Source: a virus (lineage: Duplodnaviria; Caudoviricetes). Taken from it: DNA of 45,919 nucleotides. The notes under the pieces are model-generated. The model was not told the origin of the DNA and searched no databases. It worked only from the letters and a program-made list of their open reading frames with translations. The position numbers and the translations under genes were made by a program. This document shows, one piece after another, positions 27,126-35,914 of this stretch. The number at the start of each line of letters is the position of its first letter. Positions within the stretch are counted from its first letter, which is position 1. The stretch lies in IMG/VR virus record IMGVR_UViG_3300016667_000193, positions 1 to 45,919 of that record. One strand, 5' to 3'.

Positions 27126-28691
27126 TTACCTCCTTGTCTGTTCTTGGATCAGGTCAAGGAGCAGACCCTGCATGGACTGCTTACCCTTGAGTCTGTCGTA
27201 CATCTTATGCTCAAGCGCTGTCGATTCGATGTGGATCAGGTTCGACACCTTGTTCTTCCCAATCCGCTCGATGCGACCATTGGCCTGTACATAAGTCTCG
27301 TTGCTGTTGACCGGGCCATACCAGATGATGGTTGAAGCCGTGGTCAACGTCAGCCCGTGTGCCATGGTACCGGGGTGGGCAATCAGGACATGCGGGTCCC
27401 TGCTGTCTTGGAAGTCCTTGAAGATCACGTCGCGCTTGGAAGACGACACCTGTCCATTCACAACACCTACAGACCAGTGCTTGGATAGTTCACGCTCCAG
27501 CATGTGCAGCGTACCTGTTAGTGGTACGAATACGATGACCTTCTCGCCTGCCTCCTCAATCAACTCCTTGACCAGCTTCACACGGGGTGAAGCGTCGAGT
27601 TCAATGTTCTGTCCATCATCACCATAGGCCACACCGCAAGCGATCTGCACCAGCTTCTGAACCTTGACTGCTTCGTTGACAGCACTGATCGTACCGCCAC
27701 TTACCTTCGCCTTGGCGACCTCGACAACCAGCTCCTTGAGCATAGTCTTGTAGTACTTATTCTGCTCGGGGGTCAGGTCCACCTGACGTGTCTGGATGAT
27801 GGTCTCAGGCAGGTCGAAGCACTCATCGCGCGTAAACCGCACAGACGGTTGCAGGACATGGCTCACCGTATTGATAGCTTCTGGTCTGGGTACATACTTC
27901 CACTGCCCCAGTTTCATCATCACCTGATCACGGAACGCGGTGAACGTGCTCGTGCAGTTCGGACTATCGACCAGCTTGGCCAGCGCCCATGCATCAGTCG
28001 GATCATTAGGTGTCGGGGTTCCGGTCATCAACCACAGACGTGTACCGGGGTTCATACCCAGCCACTTACGGAACTGCTTGAACCGCTGCGTACCGGGGTT
28101 GCGCAGTACAGCTGCCTCATCCACGATCACGAGGTCAAACTCACCATGGGCGTCATCAGCGATGATGGAGAAGCCGTCGTGGTTGATGATATAGAAGTCT
28201 GCATCCTGCTGCATCAGCTTGCGCCTGCGCTCTGCTGTCCCGTGCAGTACGACGAACCTCCGCTCGGGGAACCCAAGGAAGATCGCGTCACCCCAGACAC
28301 GTTCCAATGTAGAAAGCGGGGACATGATCAGCACCTTCTTCACCTGTTTGGTTTTGATCAGGTAGTCCGCAGCCCACAACGCAGACTGGGTCTTGCCAGT
28401 CCCGATATCATTGAGGACAAGTCCACGTTTGTTGGTCGTAAGGAATGCTGCTGTCTGCTTCTGGTGATCGAACGGCGTGAACCGACCGGGCCAGTCGTAG
28501 TAGTGGAGGATCGGGGACGGAGCCTTGATCCCCATATTGTTGAGGACCCGAACCTCATCGAGCCGATGTGGGAGTACGACCAGATCAGTACCACGCACAG
28601 AGATGTGCTTAGCTGTCGGGATAGTATCGAGTACCCGGTTAGGGTTGTTCAGCTTCAATGCTAGAGCTTTGGCTTTCTCAACTACCAACAC
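27126..28691 (-). CDS. SNF2-family (SF2) helicase
   Basis: DIGTGKT, VIVDEA, MTGTP, HGLTLT, QANGRIERIG; probable GTG start at 28691. Confidence 0.93.
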   Translation of the reverse strand: MLVVEKAKALALKLNNPNRVLDTIPTAKHISVRGTDLVVLPHRLDEVRVLNNMGIKAPSPILHYYDWPGRFTPFDHQKQTAAFLTTNKRGLVLNDIGTGKTQSALWAADYLIKTKQVKKVLIMSPLSTLERVWGDAIFLGFPERRFVVLHGTAERRRKLMQQDADFYIINHDGFSIIADDAHGEFDLVIVDEAAVLRNPGTQRFKQFRKWLGMNPGTRLWLMTGTPTPNDPTDAWALAKLVDSPNCTSTFTAFRDQVMMKLGQWKYVPRPEAINTVSHVLQPSVRFTRDECFDLPETIIQTRQVDLTPEQNKYYKTMLKELVVEVAKAKVSGGTISAVNEAVKVQKLVQIACGVAYGDDGQNIELDASPRVKLVKELIEEAGEKVIVFVPLTGTLHMLERELSKHWSVGVVNGQVSSSKRDVIFKDFQDSRDPHVLIAHPGTMAHGLTLTTASTIIWYGPVNSNETYVQANGRIERIGKNKVSNLIHIESTALEHKMYDRLKGKQSMQGLLLDLIQEQTRR

Positions 28692-28980
28692 GGATATACG
28701 TCTCCACTGCGAGGATGGTGTCGTCATCATAGACGAGGAACCACACTCCACCTGCTTCCTTGATTTCCCGACCCGTCTTCCACTGGAGTGCAGTGGGTTT
28801 CTTGGTCGCGTCTGCTTTCACTTCGATCCCGACAAACCGCCCCCTTACGATGGCGATGATGTCAGGCAACCCAGACTTCCCGAACCCGTTGTTACCGGGG
28901 AAGAAGTACCAGATTTTATGGCGCTTGAGCATCTCAGTGAGACGCCGCTTCACCTTACCCTCGGGCGTAGTCGCTCCCAT
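28678..28980 (-). CDS. VRR-NUC domain nuclease / resolvase
   Basis: TPEGKVK, GLPDII, FVGIEVKA, PTALQ. Confidence 0.9.
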   Translation of the reverse strand: MGATTPEGKVKRRLTEMLKRHKIWYFFPGNNGFGKSGLPDIIAIVRGRFVGIEVKADATKKPTALQWKTGREIKEAGGVWFLVYDDDTILAVETYIRVGS

Positions 28981-29100
28981 AAGAACTCCTCAGTGCAGGT
29001 TTGCAGTCCACGTCTGCTCACCCGAGGTATTCCTTCTAACGTCCGGCGCAGGCGTCCATCTCTCAACATCCTCGCCTTGGTTGTGCTGCGGAATAACCTC

Positions 29101-29128
29101 AAGATAACTTACGATACAGGCGTGTCAA
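29101..29128 (-). promoter_or_regulatory. Putative sigma70 promoter for the VRR-NUC/helicase/primase genes
   Basis: TTGACA (29128-29123), 16 bp, TATCTT (29106-29101) in an intergenic gap. Confidence 0.6.
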
Positions 29129-29136
29129 GTATATAA

Positions 29137-29814
29137 TCAGCGCCGTGCCCACTTACATGTGGATTGTGCAGGACACCAACCGCACAGACCGCTCGGTCTG
29201 GCGGGCCAGTTGTCGAAGTGAAGGGCCTGCTCGATGCGGCTGGTGGCCGATGAGATACCACCCCAGATACCAAGCGAATCAGTCACGCGAGTGTAGGTCT
29301 CGCTGTCCATCTTCATATCCTTCAGCCAGACCAGTGTGGTCTTGACCCGCTGCACATCGGGGAAGTGTTTGAACACCTGCCCTGCAAAGATTTCCATCTG
29401 AAAGAAGTCAGGCTTACGCTTGCCAGTCTTCCAGTCCATCACGACTGCGTCGTTACCCTTGATCACCAGCACGTCGAGCTTGGAGCGGAGCCATGCGTCC
29501 GCATCCCACCACCCTGTCGGTTCGTGGTTTGCGTTGAGGACCATCTCCTTTTCGACGAACAGCTCACCACCTTCAGCCAACTTCTCGACGCCTTTACACA
29601 GTGGCTCATAGCGCGCTGCCTCCTGAGGGAGATCAGCGTTGTCCCGCAACCTGCGCTCAAGCATCTCATGGATGCGCTCACCATACTTGCTGGCTTCGCC
29701 ACCCTCATCCTTGACATCTTTTAGGATGCGCTGGCGGTAATACCGCTGCGGGCAGTTCTCGAACTGCTTCAGTGAGGAGTATGAGTGTGCGAGTCGGATA
29801 CCTTTATCGGTCAT
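29137..29814 (-). CDS. PD-(D/E)XK exonuclease (RecB/Cas4-like)
   Basis: HSYSSLKQFENCP, G..IH, KLD, DWKTGK, C-terminal CGWC...C. Confidence 0.9.
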   Translation of the reverse strand: MTDKGIRLAHSYSSLKQFENCPQRYYRQRILKDVKDEGGEASKYGERIHEMLERRLRDNADLPQEAARYEPLCKGVEKLAEGGELFVEKEMVLNANHEPTGWWDADAWLRSKLDVLVIKGNDAVVMDWKTGKRKPDFFQMEIFAGQVFKHFPDVQRVKTTLVWLKDMKMDSETYTRVTDSLGIWGGISSATSRIEQALHFDNWPARPSGLCGWCPAQSTCKWARR

Positions 29815-30356
29815 GCCTTGATCCCTGAAACTTGTTTGTCGTTGTTGTACCGCCCACGGGTAGCGTAGGTCGCATGATCAGGCACGGGTTCATGCCAGAA
29901 GAAAACCATCTGCCCGATGGGGTCGCCGGGGCGTAGCCGGATCGAATGATACCGCAGCATGTTCTTGAGTTCGAGGGTCAGCACTGACCCATGCCATCCA
30001 GCATCACACCAGCCCGCGTTCATATGTTCAAGACCGATGCGAGCCATGCTGGACTTGAGCTTATATTCCGCAGAGATATCGGGAGGGAGGTTGAACACCT
30101 CGACTGACTGCGCCAGCATGAACTCGCCGGGGTTCAGGGTCCAGCCGATATCAGGGTCCATGACCGAAGGTGTAGTCGGGAGCGGAGACCGCGCCCGGTA
30201 GTCGATAGCCGCAGTGTAATCAGGCACCTCATCTTCGATCAACAGCGTATCACCGAGGTGGATGTCGATACTCGATGCGTTGATGGCCTTGCGGTCCACG
30301 TTGGTAATGACCCCACGGTCCACCAGTTCGACCAGTGCGTCGTGACTTAGCAGCAT
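29811..30356 (-). CDS. dcd: dCTP deaminase
   Basis: INASSIDIHLG, KSSMARIGL, AGWCDAGWHG..LTLEL, IGQMVF, Y..GRY. Confidence 0.9.
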   Translation of the reverse strand: MLLSHDALVELVDRGVITNVDRKAINASSIDIHLGDTLLIEDEVPDYTAAIDYRARSPLPTTPSVMDPDIGWTLNPGEFMLAQSVEVFNLPPDISAEYKLKSSMARIGLEHMNAGWCDAGWHGSVLTLELKNMLRYHSIRLRPGDPIGQMVFFWHEPVPDHATYATRGRYNNDKQVSGIKA

Positions 30357-32239
30357 CAGCAGTCTCCATAGTTCAGGGCGCGGCCAGCCTCACAAGCCAC
30401 AGGTAGATCAGGTGCCCATGCCGGAGGCTGCGACATGAGCTTGATGATATGCTCCTCAGCCTGCTCAGCACCATCGGCTGGCACTACGCAGACGTTCTCA
30501 TCGTGGACTTGGAAGGCCACGAAGTATCCGGACAGACCGATCTTCACCATCTGCTCTCGCACGATAATCCCGGCCAGTGCCTGCACGATGTTCTCGGTGA
30601 CTTTTCCACCGTAGATTTTCACCCATGGTAGGTCGTCACATGGCAGACCCAGCACTCTATCCCTGAGGAACTTCCTGTAGATACGTGCGTCGTTGATGTA
30701 TTGGAACCCGCTGCCGATCTGACGCAGCGCAGGGTAGGTGATCTTGAGCTGGTTGGGCAGCAGGATGCCGGTGTTGTCGTACTCGATCTTACCGTTGATC
30801 ATACCGCCCCTGCCGTTGACCATCATGGTCAGGGCATTGCCGCATAGCTGCCAGAGCTGGACAATCTTGTGGTACTTCTGCCGGTACAACCGAACGATGC
30901 GCTCGGCCTCGTTCTCGTCGATGTCGATCTTGCTGAGAGCCAGAGTGCGGCGGAACTTATCTGCCCCCATACCATACCCGAGACCGAGGATGCAGGTCTT
31001 ACCCACAAACCTCTCGGTGTAGTCAGCCTTGGTTACGGTGCGTCCGTACACATCACTGGCAAACTCGGAGTAGACATCACGCCCCTCACGGAACGACTGC
31101 ACTAGATCGTCCTGCCCTGCCAGCCACGCGACGGTGCGGGCTTCGATCTGACTGGAGTCACAGGCGATGATCTCATAACCATCAGGTGCACGCAGCGCAC
31201 GGCGGATGGTCGTGTTACCACGGCTCGGCAGGTTCTGGAGGTTGACCTTATCGCCGCCGCTGAAGCGCCCGGTATGCGCGCCATAGTAGTTGAGCATGAT
31301 CGGCAGCGGACCACGATTACTGATCCCGATGAAGGCCAGAGTCCGGGTCTCCTCAAGGGTGGACTTCACTCCGAGCCGTGCCTCAACCGCTGCGCGGACA
31401 CGCTCGTCAGGATGCTCCAACAAATCTGTGAACGGCTTGTCTGTCTTACTGAAAGCGAAGGCTTCCTTACCAGTCTTCGCGCTGACCTTGGTTGGCGGCT
31501 CGACTCCCAACTTTTCCAAGAGGGTGGCGAAGTTGTTGTTACTCATCAGTACAGGCTTGAGTGCCTGCACGTCGAACTTCTCACCCATACCCATGGCTTC
31601 AGCCACCAGTTCGAGTAGCTTCTGTTTGGAGTTGCGCACTTCCATCAGATGCTGGCGTAGTAGGCCCTCATCCAATTCGATCTTGGGTTCGATGTACATC
31701 CGCAGGGTCTGGTCGATCACCAGCAACTCTGACTGAGGGAGTTCTTTCTTGAGGTGCAGCCACAGCTTGTATGTGATCTCCACGTCGTTGACGCAGTAGT
31801 CGGCATAGCGTTGCAGTTCTTCCGGGGAGAACTGGGAGTAGCGCTTACCCAGTGCGTTAACCACCTCATCACCCTTGGCACCCAGCTTATAGTACTGTGC
31901 CAGTGCCTTGAGGCTGCCGCCCACAGATACGTTGTGGAGAGGGCGCGCCATCGACAGAGTGTCCAACCACAGCTTGGGTTTCACACCGTAACGCCACGAC
32001 AGGATAGCCCCATCGAACGCCGTGTTATGACATAGGATTGCTGCCTTCGAGAAGTCGATGGCATTCAGCACCGGACCGATCAGCTTGTTCGGTACCCATT
32101 TGGTCGGACCGTTGTTCTTCTTGATACCGACAAGGATGGATTGGAACCGTGTGTCCCTGACGTACTGCTCAGTGGTGAGCTTGGAGAGCGAATACTCCCG
32201 GTCGTAGTAGGTCTCGAAGTCGATGGTGTAGATATCCAT
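30356..32239 (-). CDS. polA: Family A DNA polymerase with 3'-5' exonuclease
   Basis: Exo DFETY/HNTAFD/YCVND; HTGRFS; motif A DSSQIEAR; motif B KTCILGLGYG; motif C VHDE. Confidence 0.95.
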   Translation of the reverse strand: MDIYTIDFETYYDREYSLSKLTTEQYVRDTRFQSILVGIKKNNGPTKWVPNKLIGPVLNAIDFSKAAILCHNTAFDGAILSWRYGVKPKLWLDTLSMARPLHNVSVGGSLKALAQYYKLGAKGDEVVNALGKRYSQFSPEELQRYADYCVNDVEITYKLWLHLKKELPQSELLVIDQTLRMYIEPKIELDEGLLRQHLMEVRNSKQKLLELVAEAMGMGEKFDVQALKPVLMSNNNFATLLEKLGVEPPTKVSAKTGKEAFAFSKTDKPFTDLLEHPDERVRAAVEARLGVKSTLEETRTLAFIGISNRGPLPIMLNYYGAHTGRFSGGDKVNLQNLPSRGNTTIRRALRAPDGYEIIACDSSQIEARTVAWLAGQDDLVQSFREGRDVYSEFASDVYGRTVTKADYTERFVGKTCILGLGYGMGADKFRRTLALSKIDIDENEAERIVRLYRQKYHKIVQLWQLCGNALTMMVNGRGGMINGKIEYDNTGILLPNQLKITYPALRQIGSGFQYINDARIYRKFLRDRVLGLPCDDLPWVKIYGGKVTENIVQALAGIIVREQMVKIGLSGYFVAFQVHDENVCVVPADGAEQAEEHIIKLMSQPPAWAPDLPVACEAGRALNYGDC

Positions 32240-32242
32240 ATG

Positions 32243-32512
32243 TCACCTTTGTGGTAGTCCGAGCATCGTACGTGCCTCTGCTGCGGTGAACTTCTGTTTG
32301 CGCGTCAGCCTGATATAGTCTTCGAGCTTATCCGCAGGTATGTCTGAGCGTCTTGATGTGATCCGTACGAACTCAGGGTCTGTCTTCCATCGGTTGGTCA
32401 TCCACTCCTTACGCTGAGCTTTCACCTCAGGCTGACTACCCCAGCAGCTACGGCAAAACCCCGAGCTGTTCTTCCTCCAGAGTTTCGTGTTGCATGTAGT
32501 ACAGGTCTTCAT
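32243..32512 (-). CDS. Hypothetical protein with CxxC...CxxC
   Basis: 89 aa; coupled. Confidence 0.65.
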   Translation of the reverse strand: MKTCTTCNTKLWRKNSSGFCRSCWGSQPEVKAQRKEWMTNRWKTDPEFVRITSRRSDIPADKLEDYIRLTRKQKFTAAEARTMLGLPQR

Positions 32513-32748
32513 TTGACCACCTCAACCGTAACTTTACAAGTGAAACCGTCAGTGAAACGAACCTCACGCTCCACAATTTGCGTCACCCCATCAGCAGACA
32601 AGTCTGCACACAACGCCAGCAGGACATCATTGGTGATATCCTTGATCGGTATGATCGCTTGCCGGTACTTCTCATGGGTAAGCCAGACTGTGCCGTCCTC
32701 AGCCTTGGCTCTGATATGAAAATGCTTGGGGTTCAGGACTACCTTCAC
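32509..32748 (-). CDS. Hypothetical protein
   Basis: 79 aa; coupled. Confidence 0.6.
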   Translation of the reverse strand: MKVVLNPKHFHIRAKAEDGTVWLTHEKYRQAIIPIKDITNDVLLALCADLSADGVTQIVEREVRFTDGFTCKVTVEVVK

Positions 32749-32750
32749 AC

Positions 32751-32873
32751 TCAGGGTTCCCAGTCGATGTCATCATTGGATGGGGCGAGGATGTCACGCA
32801 CACCAGAGGCGATGAGGTAAACGATCCATGCGAGGGATGCGACAACAAGCCCGGTGAAAATACAATCAGTCAT
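32751..32873 (-). CDS. 40-aa single-TM protein (not in ORF track)
   Basis: Translated by hand: MTDCIFTGLVVASLAWIVYLIASGVRDILAPSNDDIDWEP; ATGA overlap, SD aggag. Confidence 0.6.
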   Translation of the reverse strand: MTDCIFTGLVVASLAWIVYLIASGVRDILAPSNDDIDWEP

Positions 32874-33217
32874 GGCTTGGCTCCTGCGAGGGCGGCTATT
32901 TGCATGCGAGACTGTGCGTGGATGCGCGCGGCTTCAACTGGCATCCCATCGACACGCCAAAAATACCGGAACATCCATTCCTCTAGTGCGCTCAGCAACA
33001 CCCTCTCCCGCTCCTCCGCAGCGCGCAGGGCTTCGGTCAGGCGGGTGATTTCGGCGTCACTGGCGCGGGTGTTCCATGCGGCGATGGCTTCGGCTTCAGT
33101 TTCATACTCGCCGCCCAGAACGCCGCAAGAGCATCCGACCGTCCATGATCCCATGAGGCAATTCATGCCCCGCTCGTTGTCGCCACAAAACGGACACGGC
33201 TTCAATTCACTCTGCAT
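32870..33217 (-). CDS. Lar-family restriction alleviation-like protein
   Basis: ELKPCPFCG...CSCG...EAEAIAAWNTR; ATG at 33217, SD aggagg. Confidence 0.8.
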   Translation of the reverse strand: MQSELKPCPFCGDNERGMNCLMGSWTVGCSCGVLGGEYETEAEAIAAWNTRASDAEITRLTEALRAAEERERVLLSALEEWMFRYFWRVDGMPVEAARIHAQSRMQIAALAGAKP

Positions 33218-33521
33218 CACTGCCTCCTTTATTCGCCATGATACTGCCACAAAACCGCATTACAGTGTGCGTGGACCACGCCAAGTGTCAGCCCGCTTTT
33301 GTGACTATGGTGCAAGTGTTGTGGGTTTTCAAAAAACCCCTTAGGGAACAGCCGCTTGTTTACTCTTTTCTGTTTCACCTTGTGTGCCGGATCAGCATCA
33401 AGAGGGTTTTTGCAATAGTAGCAATTGCCGCCCTGCAACCTCGCGTATTCTTCACGGACAAGCCTTTTTTCTTTCGGGGGTATGTCTCTATATTTAACTG
33501 GAAGATGCATCACTGCCTCCT
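33213..33521. repeat. 16-bp direct repeat (33213-33228 and 33506-33521) bounding the EndoVII-like gene
   Basis: tgcatcactgcctcct twice; reads aggaggcagtgATGca (SD + start) on the - strand. Confidence 0.92.
33229..33510 (-). CDS. Endonuclease VII/HNH-like small protein
   Basis: LQGGNCYYC...HLHHSHKSG...GVVHAHCN; ATG at 33510; AT-rich. Confidence 0.75.
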   Translation of the reverse strand: MHLPVKYRDIPPKEKRLVREEYARLQGGNCYYCKNPLDADPAHKVKQKRVNKRLFPKGFFENPQHLHHSHKSGLTLGVVHAHCNAVLWQYHGE

Positions 33522-33928
33522 GCGGGCGGGGTGTGTTCGATCTTGCGGACTTCGTAGCCACGGGCTGCAAGGGCGGCGCGGAGGGACTTGGCAAACTCTG
33601 GCTCGATTGCGTCCAGCGTTGCGTATTCACATGCCTTAACTGCCTCAACCAGAGGGTCGGGGTCGGGCTTGGGGATGGTGAAGCGGTGCGAAAGCATCTC
33701 ACGCAGTTGGCGATGGTCGTGGCTCATCAGCACGGTGTTGCACAGGCTCTCCACCGCATCACTCACCTCGCGCTTGAACGCTTCGTGCTGCTCGATAGCG
33801 CGGGCATGGGCGGCAATTGACGAGCGAAGCGGCAGGTCATCCCCCATCCTGTCAAAGTGATGCACCGAGCGGCCAGCGCTCAAGCAGGCGTGTTCTAGGG
33901 CTTTAGGGTCGATACTAACCATCGCCAT
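33494..33928 (-). CDS. Hypothetical protein
   Basis: Coupled ORF; PKPDPDPLVEA and LRAALAARG motifs. Confidence 0.7.
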   Translation of the reverse strand: MAMVSIDPKALEHACLSAGRSVHHFDRMGDDLPLRSSIAAHARAIEQHEAFKREVSDAVESLCNTVLMSHDHRQLREMLSHRFTIPKPDPDPLVEAVKACEYATLDAIEPEFAKSLRAALAARGYEVRKIEHTPPAGGSDASSS

Positions 33929-34095
33929 CACTCGTCCTCCATACTAAGCACGATCTCAAACGTGCGGCCTGCCCAAGCAAACTTAATACGGGCGCTCATG
34001 TCGGGCATAAACACGCGCAGCTTGTCGGCGTCTTCGATGATCCGCGCGCCTAACTCGGCGGCGAACTCTGGCTCAGGGTTAAGTTCGATACTCAT
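33928..34095 (-). CDS. Hypothetical protein (55 aa)
   Basis: ATG at 34095 with SD ggag; TGATG coupling. Confidence 0.6.
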   Translation of the reverse strand: MSIELNPEPEFAAELGARIIEDADKLRVFMPDMSARIKFAWAGRTFEIVLSMEDE

Positions 34096-34231
34096 GTGGG
34101 TATCTCCCCGGTTCAGGCAGCAATGCCTTCGTCTTGCAGTCACTACGTAGACAGGAGCGAACACCAGCTACATTGATATCTGCGTTGCAGTGGTCACACC
34201 AGATCGGCTTATGCTTTCGTTTCTTACCCAT
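34079..34231 (-). CDS. 50-aa Cys-rich protein (not in ORF track)
   Basis: Translated by hand: MGKKRKHKPIWCDHCNADINVAGVRSCLRSDCKTKALLPEPGRYPHEYRT. Confidence 0.55.
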   Translation of the reverse strand: MGKKRKHKPIWCDHCNADINVAGVRSCLRSDCKTKALLPEPGRYPHEYRT

Positions 34232-34239
34232 GGTTATAC

Positions 34240-34413
34240 TTACTTTACATCCTTGTAAAGGACTTCTTCCTCGGTCTCGGTGATCTTAAAGAGTCTGAAC
34301 TCTATACCGACACGTTTACGTGAGCGCTCCAGCTCACGCTTCGCACCTTCGATGGTATCAGCCCGGAACACTGGTGTGCCCCGGACCGTACGGACTTCAT
34401 ATGATGTCTTCAC
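34240..34413 (-). CDS. Hypothetical protein (57 aa)
   Basis: GTG at 34413 overlapping the upstream stop (GTGA); SD ggag. Confidence 0.6.
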   Translation of the reverse strand: MKTSYEVRTVRGTPVFRADTIEGAKRELERSRKRVGIEFRLFKITETEEEVLYKDVK

Positions 34414-34874
34414 TTGCGCTCTCCCTCTTGCAGTCTGTCTGCCACCAACTTGGCATAGCCAGCGATGTCCACCCATGAGTCGGCGTACCGAGGATCGCCG
34501 TTGACAATCCGCCCAATCTTATGAGCGATCATATCGAGAGCCTCGACCATGTCGTCCTCCATCTTGGTAAACGAATCACCCTGCCGTATCTCATACTTGA
34601 GGGCTTGGGTTATCCGGGCGTGATCCTCGAAGTTCCCATAGCGGGAACCCCGCTCAGTCAGCACTGCGTCGATGGTGTCAGTAGGTGGCACACTAGCATG
34701 CATAGCATCCTCAAACATCTCTACCTGTGTGTCTTGCATTACCTTCTCCTTCAGCCAATAGTTCTCAACCTGATTCACATACGTCGGAGTACATCCTACA
34801 CGCTTGGCGATCTGAGAGTTCGTCAGGTTGGGGTAATCGCACATCGTGCGGATGATCATCTCTTTCTTGGTCAT
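34410..34874 (-). CDS. N-terminal HTH + DUF6378-like domain
   Basis: LTNSQIAKRVGCT; ERGSRYGNF...HKIGRIVNGDP.Y.DSWVDIAGYA. Confidence 0.75.
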   Translation of the reverse strand: MTKKEMIIRTMCDYPNLTNSQIAKRVGCTPTYVNQVENYWLKEKVMQDTQVEMFEDAMHASVPPTDTIDAVLTERGSRYGNFEDHARITQALKYEIRQGDSFTKMEDDMVEALDMIAHKIGRIVNGDPRYADSWVDIAGYAKLVADRLQEGERK

Positions 34875-35077
34875 CGTCCTATCCTTGTCCAGTCAGGGTG
34901 CTTGTGATGCACCAACCAATAGAACACCTCACGGAACCACGGGTATCTGACCTTCTGGAACCGCTTGGTCAGAGCTGCATAGGCTTGAATTTCCATGTTC
35001 CAATACCCTGCTACCCGCATCAGGGTGAGGGCTTGCCTCACCTTGACACGTCCCGGCCACTTGCGTGGTAGCTCCAT
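34871..35077 (-). CDS. Hypothetical protein
   Basis: Coupled on both sides; SD ggagg. Confidence 0.6.
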   Translation of the reverse strand: MELPRKWPGRVKVRQALTLMRVAGYWNMEIQAYAALTKRFQKVRYPWFREVFYWLVHHKHPDWTRIGR

Positions 35078-35718
35078 CACAGTCCTCCGAGTTTGACCGC
35101 AGTGATTGCCCCGGTCAGCTTACCCAACACGTCACTGTCAACGCTGCCCTTGGACTTCTTCTCACGCACAGTAACTTCTTTATGTTTGTCCTTCGCCCAC
35201 TGCGGAAGCAGTTCCCATAGCGGTGGCCACTCCTTGATGACCGGAGCCAGCGTTGAGAAGTTACCCAGCACCGTGCGGACACCGATCTCGAACTCACGCT
35301 GCCGCTTCTTGAGTGCCTCTATTTTATCGCTCCATGCTTTGACCTCGGCATAGAGTTCACCCCACACGAGGTGGTCCTTCAGTTCGTACTGCCCGTTCCA
35401 CCGCCGCTCAGCAATTTCAGGTACTACCTCATAAGGCAGCGCCGCAGGCATCGGCTTCTCCTCACTGAGTGAGAACCGTAGATCGCAATGGATTCCCCCC
35501 ACCGACTGGACGCTGACTACGGTGGTCTGGGGGAGGAACTGACTCGGCAATTCCTTCATGGTGTGGTAGTACTTCCCGAACAGCTGGTCGTAGATATAAT
35601 CACCCCACTTATCCTCGGGTTTCGCTTCTACTGCCTTGGCGATGGGTTCTGAGAACTGCGCTCGTGCTATTACGACAGTGTCATTGATCAGTTCCTTAGT
35701 GATACGAACGGTTGCCAT
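35077..35718 (-). CDS. Nmad5-like (nucleotide-modification-associated domain 5) protein
   Basis: MATVRITKEL N-terminus and STLAPVIKEWPPLWELLP C-terminal motif. Confidence 0.6.
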   Translation of the reverse strand: MATVRITKELINDTVVIARAQFSEPIAKAVEAKPEDKWGDYIYDQLFGKYYHTMKELPSQFLPQTTVVSVQSVGGIHCDLRFSLSEEKPMPAALPYEVVPEIAERRWNGQYELKDHLVWGELYAEVKAWSDKIEALKKRQREFEIGVRTVLGNFSTLAPVIKEWPPLWELLPQWAKDKHKEVTVREKKSKGSVDSDVLGKLTGAITAVKLGGL

Positions 35719-35914
35719 CTTCATACTCCTCGATTTCGTTTATTGCGTTCAGCATATTGGTGTTGAACTCGACCATGAACTTATCCACAGGTATCTCTGA
35801 CTGAACGACAACGTCAGCGATCAGATAAGTCAGTGCGGTCAGCACATCTGGCATGGTTAGCCCAGTGAGAACCTCACCGAGCCGGTCCATGATGCCTGCA
35901 AACTCCTCATTCAT
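35696..35914 (-). CDS. Hypothetical acidic protein
   Basis: 72 aa; ATGA overlap with the vWA gene. Confidence 0.6.
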   Translation of the reverse strand: MNEEFAGIMDRLGEVLTGLTMPDVLTALTYLIADVVVQSEIPVDKFMVEFNTNMLNAINEIEEYEDGNRSYH

